Of a stretch of 64,000 bases of DNA, positions 41,326 through 54,200 are shown in pieces. Source of the stretch: Microgenomates bacterium OLB22 (GTDB lineage Bacteria; Patescibacteriota; Microgenomatia; UBA1406; HO2-37-13b); assembly GCA_001567515.1 (NCBI GenBank), contig LLEV01000005.1, forward strand, positions 54,952 through 118,951, in the 5' to 3' direction. The notes below the pieces were generated by a model. The model ran no database searches. It saw nothing but the letters and a program-made list of their open reading frames with translations, and was not told the DNA's origin. A program made the translations under genes and the position numbers. Position 1 is the first letter of the stretch. Each line of letters opens with the position of its first letter.

Positions 41326-42639
41326 TTAGAAAAGCGAATTTACTTGTATGCGCTGCGCATCGATGTAGAAAGACTTGTTGGGGTATACTAACTCACTTCT
41401 TCCATATGCATCTTTTGGTATAAGGACCTTACCTACATACTGGGGGACATCTTTTTCCTGAGAGTCGATCTTTACATGAGCATCGGGTATATAATAGCGC
41501 ACGACAAAGTAGGGAGTGCTACTTTGCAGTACAAGCTCGTCCCCTTTTTTTAGCGATGTCTCTAAAATCTTCATATAGGTTTTTGCCTCGTTTCGTTGTC
41601 GAAATTGTATCATGTAATAATCGAAGTGCCCTAGTAGTAGGAGTAGTATTAGTCCCATCCCCACCTTCAATTTACTCGAGACCATCGACTCTTTTATTAG
41701 GTATATGTAAAGGAATAGTAGCCCGTAAGTAGAGAAGAGAACATAGCGGACCACAAAGATTGGTTTGACAAATGAAATGCCCGCTACTACTAGTGGTACT
41801 ACGAGCCCCCAAATCAGCAGATAGGCTTTTAATCCCTTCACAAGTCCCTTCATTTTATAAGGAAGCATTAGTAGGACAAGCAGTATACCAATTAGAGCTA
41901 CATTGGTCACGATACGATACCTATCATAGTAATTCCAGAAGCTATCGTAGCTGGTGAGAAGAGAGAAAGGCAACAAGAATAGCTGCATCCAGGTCATCTG
42001 AGGGATCCAGAAAGATGAGCTTGAGCCAAGTACCCTGGGGATAACGAAAAGTACCCAGGGCAAGAATATTAAAGATGATAGTAGATATGACTTCATTAAA
42101 TGTCGATATTCCTTATGTCTTAGTATGACCAGTCCCTGCACAAAAAAAAAAATCAATGCAAAAAAAGTAATGAGTGTACAGGCCTAAGACGGTGGAGATG
42201 AGGTATAGCCGTGGTTTTTTTTGAAAAAGAGAGCATATGTCGAGGCTACGCCGAGACTAGCCATCAGACTATACATACGTGCCTCAAAAGCAAAATAGAG
42301 TGTGCCGGGTGTTACAAGTAGGAGGAGAAATGCAAACTGACGCTCTAGTACAGAAAAATGCAAAACCTTTTTGAAAAAAAGATCACTCACATATACGGCA
42401 ACAACAAAGGCAATAAGAGATGGGGTCCTCAAGGCAATTTCACTGCTTCCCATGAAGCTTATCCAGACATGCATTAGAATGTAATATAGAGGTGGATTAA
42501 AGTCCTGAGCGGTCTTGGCAATGATCTCATGAAAGGGAAGAATTGACATGTAATAGGTGAAAGCTTCATCCCTCCATAAACTCTCAACAAAAAACCTGAG
42601 GGGTGTCCACGTGAAGATGGCGGTCGACAATTCTTGCAT
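41326..42639 (-). CDS. GT-C fold glycosyltransferase (ArnT/PMT-like, GT39/GT83 family), interrupted by an in-frame TAG at 42184-42186
   Basis: ORFs 42184..42639 and 41326..42156 are in the same frame, separated by a single TAG; N-terminal piece carries the DE loop (WRDEAFTYYMS); the downstream piece is polytopic with a large C-terminal soluble domain. Confidence 0.6.
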
Positions 42640-42678
42640 ATCCTATTATGCAATAGTTTTTTGTTTAGTTTTGTATAG

Positions 42679-42707
42679 TTGACAATACTTACAGCTCTCT
42701 CTACAAT
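42679..42707 (+). promoter_or_regulatory. sigma70-like promoter TTGACA-17-TACAAT for the SOD gene (near-leaderless)
   Basis: TTGACA 42679-42684, TACAAT 42702-42707, ATG at 42716. Confidence 0.5.
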
Positions 42708-42715
42708 GAGGCCGA

Positions 42716-43333
42716 ATGATATACACTCTGCCCAAGCTTTCATACGATTATAGTGCTTTAGAGCCTCACATTGATGCTCTCACGATGCAAATTCATCATA
42801 GTAAGCATCATGCAACCTATATAGATAATCTGAATAAGGCTCTTGAAAAAGCCCCACAGCTTTCTGAGAAATCTTTAGAAGAACTATTATTACTAGGTGA
42901 AAAGTTGCCAGCCGATGTGAAAGTGGCAATCCTAAACAACGGTGGAGGTCATATCAATCACAGTTTCTTTTGGGAAAGCATGTCGCCTACTCCTTCAAAA
43001 CCCAGCGAGCGTCTCCAAAAAAGTATAGCTGACGGTTTCGGCACATGGGATGAGTTTCAGGCTCAGTTTGCTCAGGCAGGATTGACTAGATTTGGGAGCG
43101 GGTGGGCATGGCTCGTCTGTCATAATAATAGTAAAGAATTGTCCATCATCTCAACTCCAAACCAAGAAAATCCGTTGCAGACAGGACACACCCCTATCCT
43201 GGGAGTAGATGTCTGGGAACATGCCTATTATCTACATTACCAAAATAGGAGAGCTGATTACATTGCAGCCTGGTGGAATATCGTTGACTGGGATCGCGTT
43301 GAGAATAGACTTGCAGAGGCATTAACTTCTTGA
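42716..43333 (+). CDS. sodA: Fe/Mn superoxide dismutase
   Basis: LPKLSYDYSALEPHIDALTMQIHHSKHHATY; DVWEHAYY metal-ligand motif. Confidence 0.9.
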   Translation: MIYTLPKLSYDYSALEPHIDALTMQIHHSKHHATYIDNLNKALEKAPQLSEKSLEELLLLGEKLPADVKVAILNNGGGHINHSFFWESMSPTPSKPSERLQKSIADGFGTWDEFQAQFAQAGLTRFGSGWAWLVCHNNSKELSIISTPNQENPLQTGHTPILGVDVWEHAYYLHYQNRRADYIAAWWNIVDWDRVENRLAEALTS

Positions 43334-43336
43334 CAC

Positions 43337-44005
43337 ATGGTGTTACTCTTAGGGACACTTATACAAGTTAGTGTGGTTTTTATACAGCTGATCACTCAGC
43401 AGGTTCATGCATATACTGGAAATCGTACTGCTATCGCTGCGTCTCTTCCTCTAAAGGAGCTTCCGACCCCAACAATACTGCCCACACAAACACCAAGTCC
43501 AACACCTACTCTGACACCACAACCGACAAGGATACCTCCAAAACCCACTGCGACCCCAGAATGGGGGGTCGCAAAGAAGGTCGATGACCACACATATACT
43601 ATTGCTTTCCAATATGACTCAACGATGACATCGCCCGGAGAACTATTTAGCGCACTCAATAGTTATCGCAATACCCATGGAGTGGCAACTTTGGCATGGG
43701 ATGACAAGTTAGCAGGATATGCCCAAGGGAGAGCAGCACATTTTAGTAGTATCAAAGCCACTGACGCACATGCTGGATTCAATGACTATCTAGATAATCA
43801 CAACGGCTTTGAAGAACTCGGCTATTACAAGCTGGGTGAGAACTCCTATTATGGTGGACCAGTCAGTGGGACTCATGTTATCGAATGGGTATTCGCCCAA
43901 AGTCCCGGTCACAATGCCAATCAGTTAGGTACAGCCTGGAGTCATGTGGGGATAGGTGTCAGTGACACGGGGATAAATCTCGTATTTGGAGGAGATAAGA
44001 AGTAG
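43337..44005 (+). CDS. secreted CAP/SCP/PR-1 domain protein with Pro/Thr-rich linker
   Basis: Signal anchor; PTPTILPTQTPSPTPTLTPQPT linker; CAP motifs LNSYRNTHGVATLAWDDKLA and HYTQVVW-like GTAWSHVGIGVS. Confidence 0.6.
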   Translation: MVLLLGTLIQVSVVFIQLITQQVHAYTGNRTAIAASLPLKELPTPTILPTQTPSPTPTLTPQPTRIPPKPTATPEWGVAKKVDDHTYTIAFQYDSTMTSPGELFSALNSYRNTHGVATLAWDDKLAGYAQGRAAHFSSIKATDAHAGFNDYLDNHNGFEELGYYKLGENSYYGGPVSGTHVIEWVFAQSPGHNANQLGTAWSHVGIGVSDTGINLVFGGDKK

Positions 44006-44195
44006 GGATGAATTACTTTACTCGTGCTTGAGCTCTCTCGTGCTTGCTCAATTTTGCTTTCTTAGGCTTCTTTTGTTCTTTACGATCTCTGTTTTCTCCT
44101 TTTGCCATAATATAAGTATATCAAAAAATGCGAGGCTAGTAGTACTATACCTCGCGAGTTACATCAACCTTATTATTCGTGATAATTCCAGGCTG

Positions 44196-44483
44196 ATGCA
44201 AGAGAATGCCAGTAATTGTCAGCTGTCCCGCCCTACTCTATGTGCAAGCTATATTGAACAAGCTCTTATGGGAGAAAATCCAGATTTTAATGATATTAAG
44301 GAGAAACTACGTAAGTCAATGCATGCTATGCAATTTTTTTTTGATGAAAAAAAACTATCACACCCAGAAGAAGATTTCGATGCATGCATGAAGATTGATT
44401 CGTATGACTTCGTCCTTCGAGCACAATCCTACAAACAGAATTTGTTAGAGCTTGTAAAACGTGGTGTCCCGACAAAGCATTAA
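44196..44483 (+). CDS. hypothetical small protein
   Basis: about 95 aa from MQENASNC...; the upstream part of the 165-aa ORF is probably non-coding. Confidence 0.25.
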   Translation: MQENASNCQLSRPTLCASYIEQALMGENPDFNDIKEKLRKSMHAMQFFFDEKKLSHPEEDFDACMKIDSYDFVLRAQSYKQNLLELVKRGVPTKH

Positions 44484-44490
44484 GCACAAG

Positions 44491-45499
44491 CTACGAGGTA
44501 GTTTTACTTACTAAGTCGTATTCCAGATTTTCTTTTATGATCCGTATACCATTTAGGTTCTGCATCTTATGATAGTAGGGGAGCATAAATAGACTTTTAA
44601 GAATACTATTTCTACGAAGTCTCTGGGGGAAATCGCGTGACATGGATTCTCCCGAGTATCCAGCCATTAGCCATTCAAGTGGCAGCTGTTTTCGATACAT
44701 GAAATGCCAATGAGTAAAGTCAGCAACTGGGTCCCCACCACTTGCTCCCTCGAAATCAATAAGCCCCGTTAGTTCATCTTTCTCATCCACAAAAAATGTG
44801 GTCAGGGCCGAGGTCGTTATGAAGAAGTCGAGGGGTATCTGTGTACTCATGCGTACGTTCCCTAGCAACAGTCAGGGATTCTTCAAGTAATCTCACATCA
44901 ATTTCATACTCCTTAGCTAGATCGTATAACTGCTCATTTTCTATGATAGGGTTTATAGCATCCCACTCTGTTTCATACTCTGCCCTGCCTTCGCCATCGA
45001 TTCTCCCAAAACCATGAGTCTGAATGCCATGCATAATAGCCAGGATTTCCCCCGTCTTTCTTAAGATAGATTGAAGCCTCCTGTCTGAGATTCCTTCAGA
45101 TTGCTGAATGTCTCGAATTGATCTGCCTGCTAGTTTTGTTTGAACACTAGCCCAGGATGGACTATCTGCTCCTTCGAGCGCAGCAATATAAATGACATTT
45201 GGAACAGGTATTCCAGCCTTTTCACACTGCGTCATAGCCCATTGCTCCCTTTCAAATCGCCTTCTGTCTTTGCGACTAATACGCAAGATGACTTTATGCG
45301 CACTCGTTAGTTCAACTTCATATACTTCGTTGCTTTCTCCTTTTACTATGCGCTCCTTTCTGACTAAATCAGAACCTGTTGCCAGCTTTATCAGAGGAAT
45401 CAAAATTTCATCTGGAGTATTGAAGCCCAGATGAAGACCATCTAAATAAGCCTTATGTTGTGCAGCATGATCATTGTGTGAAGAATCTGAGGAAGACAT
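44491..45499 (-). CDS. aminoglycoside/choline-kinase-type phosphotransferase (APH family), frameshifted at an A6 run 44791-44796
   Basis: 238-aa ORF ends LLHNDLGPDHIFCG*; the next frame continues FFVDEKDELTGLIDFEGASGGDP (Brenner HxDLxxxN and DFE motifs); one base fewer gives ...GPDHIFVDEKDELTGLIDFEG... Confidence 0.7.
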
Positions 45500-45501
45500 G
45501 T

Positions 45502-46964
45502 CTATTTCACTTTTGCTGTGACTTTGTATTCGATCTTCTTACCTAGAAGCAACCTGACATGTGTATCGAGTGCGGGCAGGGATGAGAAAAGGAAGGAGAT
45601 AATGGGCAAAAAATACCACTGTATAAATAGTAACGGGACCTTGGAGATATCAGTCTTGATGTTGACATAGTTGCGCAGTCGAAAATCGAAGTAGAGGATG
45701 AGGAAGAGAAGTAGGGTAGTCATCGTCAAAAGAGCTGATGAAAGTCGGGGTAATAGGTAACCGAGCACTGTCCTCTCAAATGTTGGGTGAACTAGGGTCG
45801 GGATCCAACCGCTGATAGTAAGTAGGAAAAAGGATGTCGGCCAAAGGATATGTGTCTCAGAAATATAGGACAATTTCTTTATCCGTTCGATGAGCGGAAC
45901 ATGCGTAGCGATGAGCGACTGCCGAAGAGCATAGGAGATGTCCGAGCTCCCCACGCCCACCTTTTTTCTTGCTGATAGCGAATCTGGAGGGCTTTCATGA
46001 GTTTTGGAGCATAAACACCATCACGTACAATTGGGAGATAGATAGGGATTGTCTGAACTTCTGCCCCAAGAGTATAGAATGCTTGTAGATGGATATGCCA
46101 GTCCTCTGGGATGATGTCGGTATCCCAATATCCGATCCGGTGCAACATATCAATCGAACAAGAATACGTGGAAATCTGTATGAACTTGCGCTCCTGTGGG
46201 AGAAGTGATAGTCGCAAAACAGAAGAGATGATAGTCTGTAGCCTGACGGGAAGGGCCAAAGCCCAAAAATGGTTGTACAGCAGCACAGGCGCCGCAAAAA
46301 AATGGAAATCGCGCTTAGCATCCTTGAGATATTTATAGGTGAGGCACGAGTAGTATGAGTGATGGAGCTGACTATCGGTATCCATCACAGTGACCACCAC
46401 TTTCTTAGGATCCAGGCCCTTCTTCTGTACATACTCATAGAGTTCTTTTGCTGCGAAGGCTGCGTTACTTGCCTTCCCGACTACTTCTCCAGGTAACAAG
46501 GGATGATATGTATCGATGATATCTTTAAAAACTCCTCGGTATTTTTTCTTTATAAAGTCCGCACGAGCTTTTGCTGTCTCCTCAAAACGCTTTTCTAGAG
46601 CAAGCAGAACTATAGTCTGCTTTACAGGAAATGTCTGGTTTTGAAGACACTCTACTGTGCGGTCCACTATCTCTACAGGCTCGATAGCATTTGTGATTAG
46701 TGCCACATGGATGACATCGGAGTAATCCATCTCACTCTCCTCTAGAGTACCTTGCCAATCAAGGTTGACTGAACGTTCAAATATTGCAAAAGAGATCCAG
46801 GCATAATAGATCGTCCGGATTGATTTGTACGAAAAGTAGACTATATATGCCAAGACCAAGTATGCAACTATGGCTGGATGAAAAGGGGGGAAAGCCATAT
46901 AGGTAGGGTGATTAGTGTTATGGAAGCCACTGGGACAAAGCGTTCTGAAAGCCAGATAAACCAC
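45502..46964 (-). CDS. processive family-2 glycosyltransferase (cellulose/chitin/hyaluronan-synthase-like), C-terminal TM region out of frame
   Basis: QQEKRWAWG (QxxRW) motif and DTD (VMDTDSQ); ORFs 45879..46964 and 45502..45960 overlap and must be joined by a frameshift within 45879-45960. Confidence 0.65.
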
Positions 46965-46994
46965 GAACTGTTTGCGATATTAGACATATAGTAT

Positions 46995-47343
46995 CTAGAT
47001 TGTATCATGGCGGGATTTATCTGAACGAGAGAGATGCACTACATAATAAATACAGATAAAGAGCGCTACGCCTGATATAAATCCCACGAGATTGATAAAT
47101 GAAAAGGAAAGCAGCCCAATCAAGATACTAATACTAGCTACTGCAACAAGTGAAAGCCTCCCTATAAATGCTACATGAAGAGAAGAGCCAATTATCGTTA
47201 GCAATAAAGTTGCAAGCAGCTTTGTCATAGTCACAGGCTCAAAGTAGGAGAATAGGACTCCAAGAAAAAAAAAGGATATGCTCATCATCAAGAATGGTAG
47301 GATCTTTTTGCCCTTTCTCATCATTTTCTTTACAATATAGTAC
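46995..47343 (-). CDS. hypothetical membrane protein
   Basis: Hydrophobic ORF; annotated 5' end overlaps the divergent gene, so start probably near MYYIVKK. Confidence 0.25.
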
Positions 47344-48189
47344 ATGACGCTTACCACCAAATCTCTAAATATCCTCATCATCGTTCTGGCAACAGTTCTT
47401 GGTATCATCATCATTGAAAACATCAGGATCAATGCACCACTCACAGACGAGATGAAAGTCGACAAACATGCTAGTGAGCCCACTATCACACCAGACATAC
47501 AAGAGCCAGTTAGCTGTATCCTGCCTCCTGAATTCGCATCTCTGCAAGGACATACCTACAGAATAAAAACTACCTTCACCATGGAGACGACCCCTGAGTC
47601 CATAACAGACACTCTTGTCGTGGAACCCAAATCTTCTTCAACAGCAGAGGCCTCACTAACAGACTCGTTATCACTTGTAACAAAGCGATCAAATAAGATA
47701 GTCAATGAAACCACACTTCGGTGCCACTCAGACATAGTATGGGGTTTTGGAGTACCACTCATAGTGCAGGAAGAGACGCCCAGCCAGTCACAAGAGTTTT
47801 CTATCATACAAGTCATCAACAAAGCATTCAATGAGATACCCTACATCCCATTTGTGACCCCTCCACTGTCAGAAGTCCCCCTGCAAAAAGAAGTAGTCAT
47901 CGCCAGAGACTTTAGTATTCACTACTCTTACTTTAAGAAGGATGATCTCTATCACATCACAGCCACCATACCACTAGATATTGGTATCGGACTCTCACCG
48001 CTAGAGGGATTACTCGGATCATTACCAGACATGGGAGACATACAAAACATTTTGCCGTCGCCTGGAAGGGAAAACACCTTTGTCCTTACGTATACAATAC
48101 ACACCCAGGACTATTCGATCCAGAAAGCGCAGTTACAGGGGAAGATTGATAGCGCATCCATCATCTCAGTTGTTGAACGTGAACGATAA
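47344..48189 (+). CDS. hypothetical secreted/anchored protein
   Basis: 281 aa, N-terminal signal anchor LNILIIVLATVLGIIII, no known domain. Confidence 0.4.
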   Translation: MTLTTKSLNILIIVLATVLGIIIIENIRINAPLTDEMKVDKHASEPTITPDIQEPVSCILPPEFASLQGHTYRIKTTFTMETTPESITDTLVVEPKSSSTAEASLTDSLSLVTKRSNKIVNETTLRCHSDIVWGFGVPLIVQEETPSQSQEFSIIQVINKAFNEIPYIPFVTPPLSEVPLQKEVVIARDFSIHYSYFKKDDLYHITATIPLDIGIGLSPLEGLLGSLPDMGDIQNILPSPGRENTFVLTYTIHTQDYSIQKAQLQGKIDSASIISVVERER

Positions 48190-48210
48190 AGGACACGCCA
48201 TGTTTTGTAG

Positions 48211-50313
48211 TTATACTTTCTGAGATCTGAGCCGTTCGACGACATTTGACGGGACTTCTTCGTAATGGGCTGGCTCCATATAGGGGACACCACGACCTTG
48301 AGTAAGAGATCGGATAGTGGTGACGTACCCAGACATCTCAGCTAGAGGCGCAAGAGCTTGGATGACGATAGAGTTACCTCTCTTGTCACTACCCAAGACA
48401 CGACCACGTCGACTTGAGATATCACCAATGATGGTACCCATGAATTCTTCTGGCACTGTTACTTCGACTTTCATGATGGGCTCAAGAAGAACCAAATCTG
48501 CCTTTTTTGCGGCCTCCTGCAGGGCCATAGTACCGGCTATCTTAAATGCTATATCAGATGAGTCTACGTCATGAAACGAACCATCATAAACAGCTACCTG
48601 AAGGTCAGTCATAGGACTACCCAAAAGCACACCTTTATCCATGGCTTCGATGACACCTTTCTCGATTGATGGGATGAATTCTGAAGGAATAGTGCCACCT
48701 TTGATTTCGTTGATAAACTTGAATCCTTCTCCCCGACCAAGAGGCTCAACACGAATCATACAATGTCCATATTGACCTCGACCACCTGACTGCTTGATAT
48801 ACTTCCCTTCAGCTTGTGCAGATTTCTTGATCGTTTCTCTATAAGCTACTTGAGGCTTTCCAACAGTTACATTAAGGCCCATTTCACGCTGCATACGATC
48901 TACTAAGATCTCTAGATGGAGCTCTCCCATCCCCGATATAATCGTCTGACCGGTGTCGTGATCGACCTTTGCTTGGAAAGTAGGATCTTCATCTCCTAGT
49001 CTTTGAAGCGTATATGAGAGTTTTTCTTGATCTGATTTGGTCTTAGGCTCTATTGCAAGAGAGATGACTGGATCTGGGAAAGAGATCTGTTCAAGAGTTA
49101 TCTGATCATTCTCTTCACAGAGAGTGTCACCTGTTCGAGTGCCTTTTGGCCCGACCAATGCTACTATCTCACCCGCGTATGCAGCATCGATCTCCTCTCG
49201 CTGATTCGCGTGCATGAGAAGGATACGACTGACTCGCTCTCTTTCTCGCGATTGCACGTTGTAGAGCGATGCCCCTGACTTCAGGACTCCTGAATAAACA
49301 CGAGCATACGTGATCTTACCCACGTGTGGATCGAGCTGGATTTTAAATGCAAGTACAGTAAGCTTTTCATCCTGAACCAGTTTACGTATCTTTTCCTCAC
49401 CGGTTGCTGGATCAACGCCTACGATCTCCTTAAGATCTGCTGGTGATGGAAGGAAGTCGACCACTGCATCGAGTACTGGCTGAACAGCTTTGTTACGAAG
49501 AGCAGTACCACAATAGATAGGCACGACCTTGTAACCGATAACCATTTTCCGTAGTGTTGCCTTGAGTTCCTCGACACTTAGCTCTTCACCTGCAAAAAAT
49601 TTCTCCATTAAAGCCTCATCATTTTCAGCGATTTTTTCTATAAGTGCAGCACGATACTCCTCAACCTTATCAACTAAATCAGCTGGTACTTCATCAAGTG
49701 TCTCATAGGTAAGACCAGTCTCGTCCTTATCCCAGAGCATTGTCTTGCGAGTAAGGAGATCAACTACTCCTTTGAAGGAAGATTCTTGACCAATCGGATA
49801 TACCATTGGGAGAGTATCTACGTCCAAACGAGTACGAATATCGTTTACGCAGTTTTCAAAATTGGCACCCAGCTTATCCATCTTATTGATGAAGACGATA
49901 CGCGGCACCTTATATTTGTCTGCTTGTCTCCATACAGTTTCTGACTGTGACTGGACCCCCTCCTCAGCGTCAAAAACGCTGACGGCTCCATCTAGAACAC
50001 GTAATGAGCGTTCTACTTCAGCTGTAAAGTCTACGTGTCCTGGCGTATCAATGATGTTAAAACGAACATCTTTCCAGAAAGTAGTTGTTGCTGCTGATAC
50101 GATAGTGATTCCTCGCTCTCTCTCCTGCTCCATCCAGTCCATGACGGTATTCCCGTCGTCGATATCACCGAGTTTATAGCTACTACCAGTATAAAAGAGG
50201 ATTCGCTCAGTTGTAGTCGTCTTACCAGCATCAATATGAGCGATAATACCGATGTTTCTGATGCGATCTACCGGGACGTCACGATCTTTTGTAATGATAT
50301 TTTGTTGAGCCAT
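48211..50313 (-). CDS. fusA: elongation factor G
   Basis: 700 aa, [20 protein letters not shown]. Confidence 0.95.
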   Translation of the reverse strand: MAQQNIITKDRDVPVDRIRNIGIIAHIDAGKTTTTERILFYTGSSYKLGDIDDGNTVMDWMEQERERGITIVSAATTTFWKDVRFNIIDTPGHVDFTAEVERSLRVLDGAVSVFDAEEGVQSQSETVWRQADKYKVPRIVFINKMDKLGANFENCVNDIRTRLDVDTLPMVYPIGQESSFKGVVDLLTRKTMLWDKDETGLTYETLDEVPADLVDKVEEYRAALIEKIAENDEALMEKFFAGEELSVEELKATLRKMVIGYKVVPIYCGTALRNKAVQPVLDAVVDFLPSPADLKEIVGVDPATGEEKIRKLVQDEKLTVLAFKIQLDPHVGKITYARVYSGVLKSGASLYNVQSRERERVSRILLMHANQREEIDAAYAGEIVALVGPKGTRTGDTLCEENDQITLEQISFPDPVISLAIEPKTKSDQEKLSYTLQRLGDEDPTFQAKVDHDTGQTIISGMGELHLEILVDRMQREMGLNVTVGKPQVAYRETIKKSAQAEGKYIKQSGGRGQYGHCMIRVEPLGRGEGFKFINEIKGGTIPSEFIPSIEKGVIEAMDKGVLLGSPMTDLQVAVYDGSFHDVDSSDIAFKIAGTMALQEAAKKADLVLLEPIMKVEVTVPEEFMGTIIGDISSRRGRVLGSDKRGNSIVIQALAPLAEMSGYVTTIRSLTQGRGVPYMEPAHYEEVPSNVVERLRSQKV

Positions 50314-50356
50314 AAGATGATGATACTGATAAGTTAGTTACAATTGATAGTAAGAT

Positions 50357-50830
50357 TTACCACTTAAAGTGAGCAAAGGCCTTATTAGATTCGGCAAGCT
50401 TTTCGATCTGTTGCTTTTTCTCAACTGCACCACCCTGCTTCTGATAAGCATCAAGTAGCTCATGGTAAAGTTTTTCTGCAAATGTGTGATATTGCTTGTT
50501 AGATCGTGCTCGAGCTGCGTTTACAATACCTTTTAATGCAAGATAGAGCTTTCGAGATGATCGTGTCTCCATAGGTACTAGATATGAGGCTCCTCCTACT
50601 CTTTTTGGTTTTACCTCCATATCGGGGGCTGCATTGAGGATAGCGGTGTTGACGACATCAATCGGATCTAGCTTTGTCTCTTTGAGCGCTTCGAGGACTG
50701 CGTAGACGATCTTTTGAGCAATCTTCTTCTTACCATCCACCATAATATAGTGGATGAGTTTAGTGATCTCATAATGATCATAGATAGGATCATTGAGAAC
50801 AGCTACTTTTTTATATGGTCTGCGTGGCAT
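50357..50830 (-). CDS. rpsG: 30S ribosomal protein S7
   Basis: 157 aa S7. Confidence 0.9.
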   Translation of the reverse strand: MPRRPYKKVAVLNDPIYDHYEITKLIHYIMVDGKKKIAQKIVYAVLEALKETKLDPIDVVNTAILNAAPDMEVKPKRVGGASYLVPMETRSSRKLYLALKGIVNAARARSNKQYHTFAEKLYHELLDAYQKQGGAVEKKQQIEKLAESNKAFAHFKW

Positions 50831-50845
50831 AGGTTGTTGTATTAT

Positions 50846-51262
50846 TTAGAACTTTTTTTCAATACGGGCGCCGTATTTAGATCGAGAAGTCTTACGATTT
50901 TCGACCCCTGTAGTATCAAATGATCCCCGGACGATATGATACTTCACGCCTGGTAGATCTTTTACTCGTCCTCCTCGTACCAGAACTACAGAGTGTTCTG
51001 CTAGCTGGTGACCAATACCTGGAATGTAGGCTGTTATCTCCATACCATTTGAGAGTTTCACACGGGCTACCTTACGTAGAGCAGAGTTAGGCTTACGTGG
51101 GGTCATAGTACGGACTACAGTACATACCCCCCTCTTCAGAGGGCTAGGATTAAGTACACGTTTACGCTTAATGCTGTTAAAAGCATACTTCAGCGCAACA
51201 GCTTTACTCCTTCGTTCCTTTGGAGTACGTGATTTTTTTATAAGTTGATTAATAGTTGGCAT
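50846..51262 (-). CDS. rpsL: 30S ribosomal protein S12
   Basis: [10 protein letters not shown]...[16 protein letters not shown]. Confidence 0.95.
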   Translation of the reverse strand: MPTINQLIKKSRTPKERRSKAVALKYAFNSIKRKRVLNPSPLKRGVCTVVRTMTPRKPNSALRKVARVKLSNGMEITAYIPGIGHQLAEHSVVLVRGGRVKDLPGVKYHIVRGSFDTTGVENRKTSRSKYGARIEKKF

Positions 51263-51281
51263 ACGAACAATATAATTATAG

Positions 51282-54200
51282 TTAAGCGGAAACTTCGACA
51301 GCTACTTGACCTGTTTCATCGAGGATTTCCTGGGCTAGCTCTTCTTGCGCAGCTGTCAGTTTTTCCTTCTTTTTGGTTTTGGTAGCTGATTCTTCAGATG
51401 ATTCTCCATCGGCCGGAACAGTTTCTTCACCAGACTCTCGTGCCACAGGATCACCAAAGTAGGCTTCAAGCAATTCCTCTGTCACAGGGATAAGTCTGCC
51501 TATTATAACATTCTCTTTCAAACCAAGCAAACTATCTACTTGGCCCTTGATCGAAGCCTCAGTCAGGATCTTAGTCGTGTACTGGAATGATGCTGCTGAG
51601 AGCCATGAGTCTGAGTACTGAGCAGATCGAGATACCCCAATCATGGATACGCGACCAACTGCTGGACGCCCACCTTGAGCGATGATCTTGCGATTTTCTT
51701 TCTCAAAGCGATATCGAGAAATGACTTCTCCGACAATGAATTTAGTGTCACCTTCGCTCTCGATGATCAACTTATCACTCATCTTACGAATGATAACTTC
51801 AAAGTGCTTATCATGAATGGGAATACCTTGGGACTCATAAACACTCTGTATCTCATGAAGTAGATACATCTGTGCTTCATGGAGCCCACGAACATTGAGG
51901 ATTTCTTTAATATCTAGATAACCTTCACAGAGCTGATGACCTATTCCGATAAGCTGCCCATCTTTTACCTCAAGCTTACGATATGTTGGGATGACATATT
52001 CACGCTCCTCTTTAGAGGTGTCTTGCGAGACTATCTTTATACGATAAAGCTTCTTTTCTTTATCTTCCTTTAGCTTCACTTTACCTGAGATATCAGATAT
52101 AGGAGACAAGATCTTTGGTGTACGGACTTCGAACAGCTCCTCAACTCTTGGGAGGCCTTGGGTCACATCAGCTATAACGATTCCACCGAAATGACGGACT
52201 CGCATAGTGAGCTGTGTCCCTGGTTCTCCGACGGATTGGGCTGCCAAGATTCCAACAGGGGTACCGATCTCTACAGTTTCTGAGGTGCTCCAATCAATAC
52301 CGTAACATCTCTGGCAACAGCCATACTCAGTCTTACAAAAGAGTGGAGAGCGGACTTCGACAGATGTGATTTCCTCCTTTTCGATGAGCTTTAGAGCATC
52401 CTCATCTAAAAGGTGGTTTGCTGCAATAAGAACCTTCTTGTTCTTACCGGCGACTGCTTTAGCTGTATAACGTCCCTTGATCCTATCGATAAAGGAATTT
52501 TGTCGGGCATCACTTTCATCAATGATAAGACCTTCCTCAGTACCACAGTCTTGTTCACGGATGAGCATGTCATGCGAGACATCCACTAGTCTTCTCGTAA
52601 GATATCCAGCATCGGCTGTCTTGAGCGCTGAGTCAATATAACCTTTGCGAGCACCACGCGCATTGATGACGTACTCGAAGATGGTAAGTCCTTGTCGATA
52701 ATTAGATTTAGTAGGGACTTCGATGATATTACCCATCGGATCTGATACCAGTCCTTTGATAGCAGACAACTGCTTGAGCTGTTCACGTGAAGCACGAGCT
52801 CCACCTGACTTGATGATGATCTTAGCTGGATTTTCTTCACCGATGGCGTCCCAGGTCTTATCTGCTAAGCTTTCGGTGACTTCGATCCATACTTTGTTAC
52901 AAAGGTCACGTCGTTCATTGTTACTAATGAGTCCTTGTAAATACTTTTGTTCGATTTCTTTTACTCTTTTGTCTGCATCTGCAATGATGGCATCTTTCTC
53001 TGGGATGATAGTACAGTCAAATGGTGAGACTGAAACGCCTCCACTAATGGTGGCTCCCCAAAATCCGAGCTCTTTGAGGGCATCTATAAGCTCGGCCACC
53101 TTATCATTATCAACACCGTATAGCTTGCTAGCTTTACTTACGATAGTCTTAAGATCTCCTGCTTTTACAGCTTCATTGACAAATCGCAGTTCTGGATGTA
53201 GCTTCGCATTGAAAAGCAATCTTCCAACACTGGTCTTAAGGACTTCACCCTCTACACGAACAAATATTGGTTCACGGGTCTCGATCTTACCCATTTCATA
53301 GGCAAAGAGTGCTTCATTTTCATTGGGATAATAACGAGTCTCCTCATCTTTTCTATCTAGGAACTTGGTGTCGATTGAGGTGACGTAGTAACAACCCAAA
53401 GCCATTTCCTTGTTAGGTACAACGATAGGCGATCCATCGGCTGGCTTTAAAAGATTCTTAGAAGGAAGCATGCGTGATCGGACCTCTTCGATAGACCTAT
53501 CAGAAAGAGGAACGTGGACACCCATCATGTCTCCATCAAAGTCTGCATTAAATCCACTACAGACGGTAGGATGAAGTCTGATAGCATAGTCATCAATAAG
53601 TACTGGATAAAAGCCTAGCACAGATAGCTTGTGCAGGGTAGGAGCGCGGTTGAGCAAGACAGGGTGCTCTTTAGTAATCTCTTCCAAAATGTCATAGATG
53701 ACAGGGTCTTTGGTTTCAAGGAAATTTTTGGCTGAGCGAATATTCTGAGCAAGACCTCGCACGATAACTTCGTGCAGAAGGAATGGCTTGAATAGCTCTA
53801 AGGCCATTTCTTTTGGAAGCCCACATTGATGCAATTTGAGATCAGGACCACCGATGATAACCGAACGGCCCGAATAATCGACTCGCTTACCCAGTAGATT
53901 TTGTCTAAATCTACCTTGCTTACCCTTGAGGACATCTGAGAGTGACTTGAGTTGCTTTGTGCGAACCTGACGAGTTTTCCCACCGCGAGACTTGGTAAGA
54001 TCGATGAGAGAGTCGACGGATTCCTGAAGCATCCTCTTTTCGTTTCTCAAGATAATCTCAGGAGCCCCAAGATCGATAAGGTGCTTAAGTCGGTTATTTC
54101 GATTTATGACTCTTCTATAAAAATCATTAAGATCAGATGTTGCAAATTTTCCTCCAGAAAGTTGTACGACTGGTCGTAGGTCAGGTGGTATAACAGGTAG

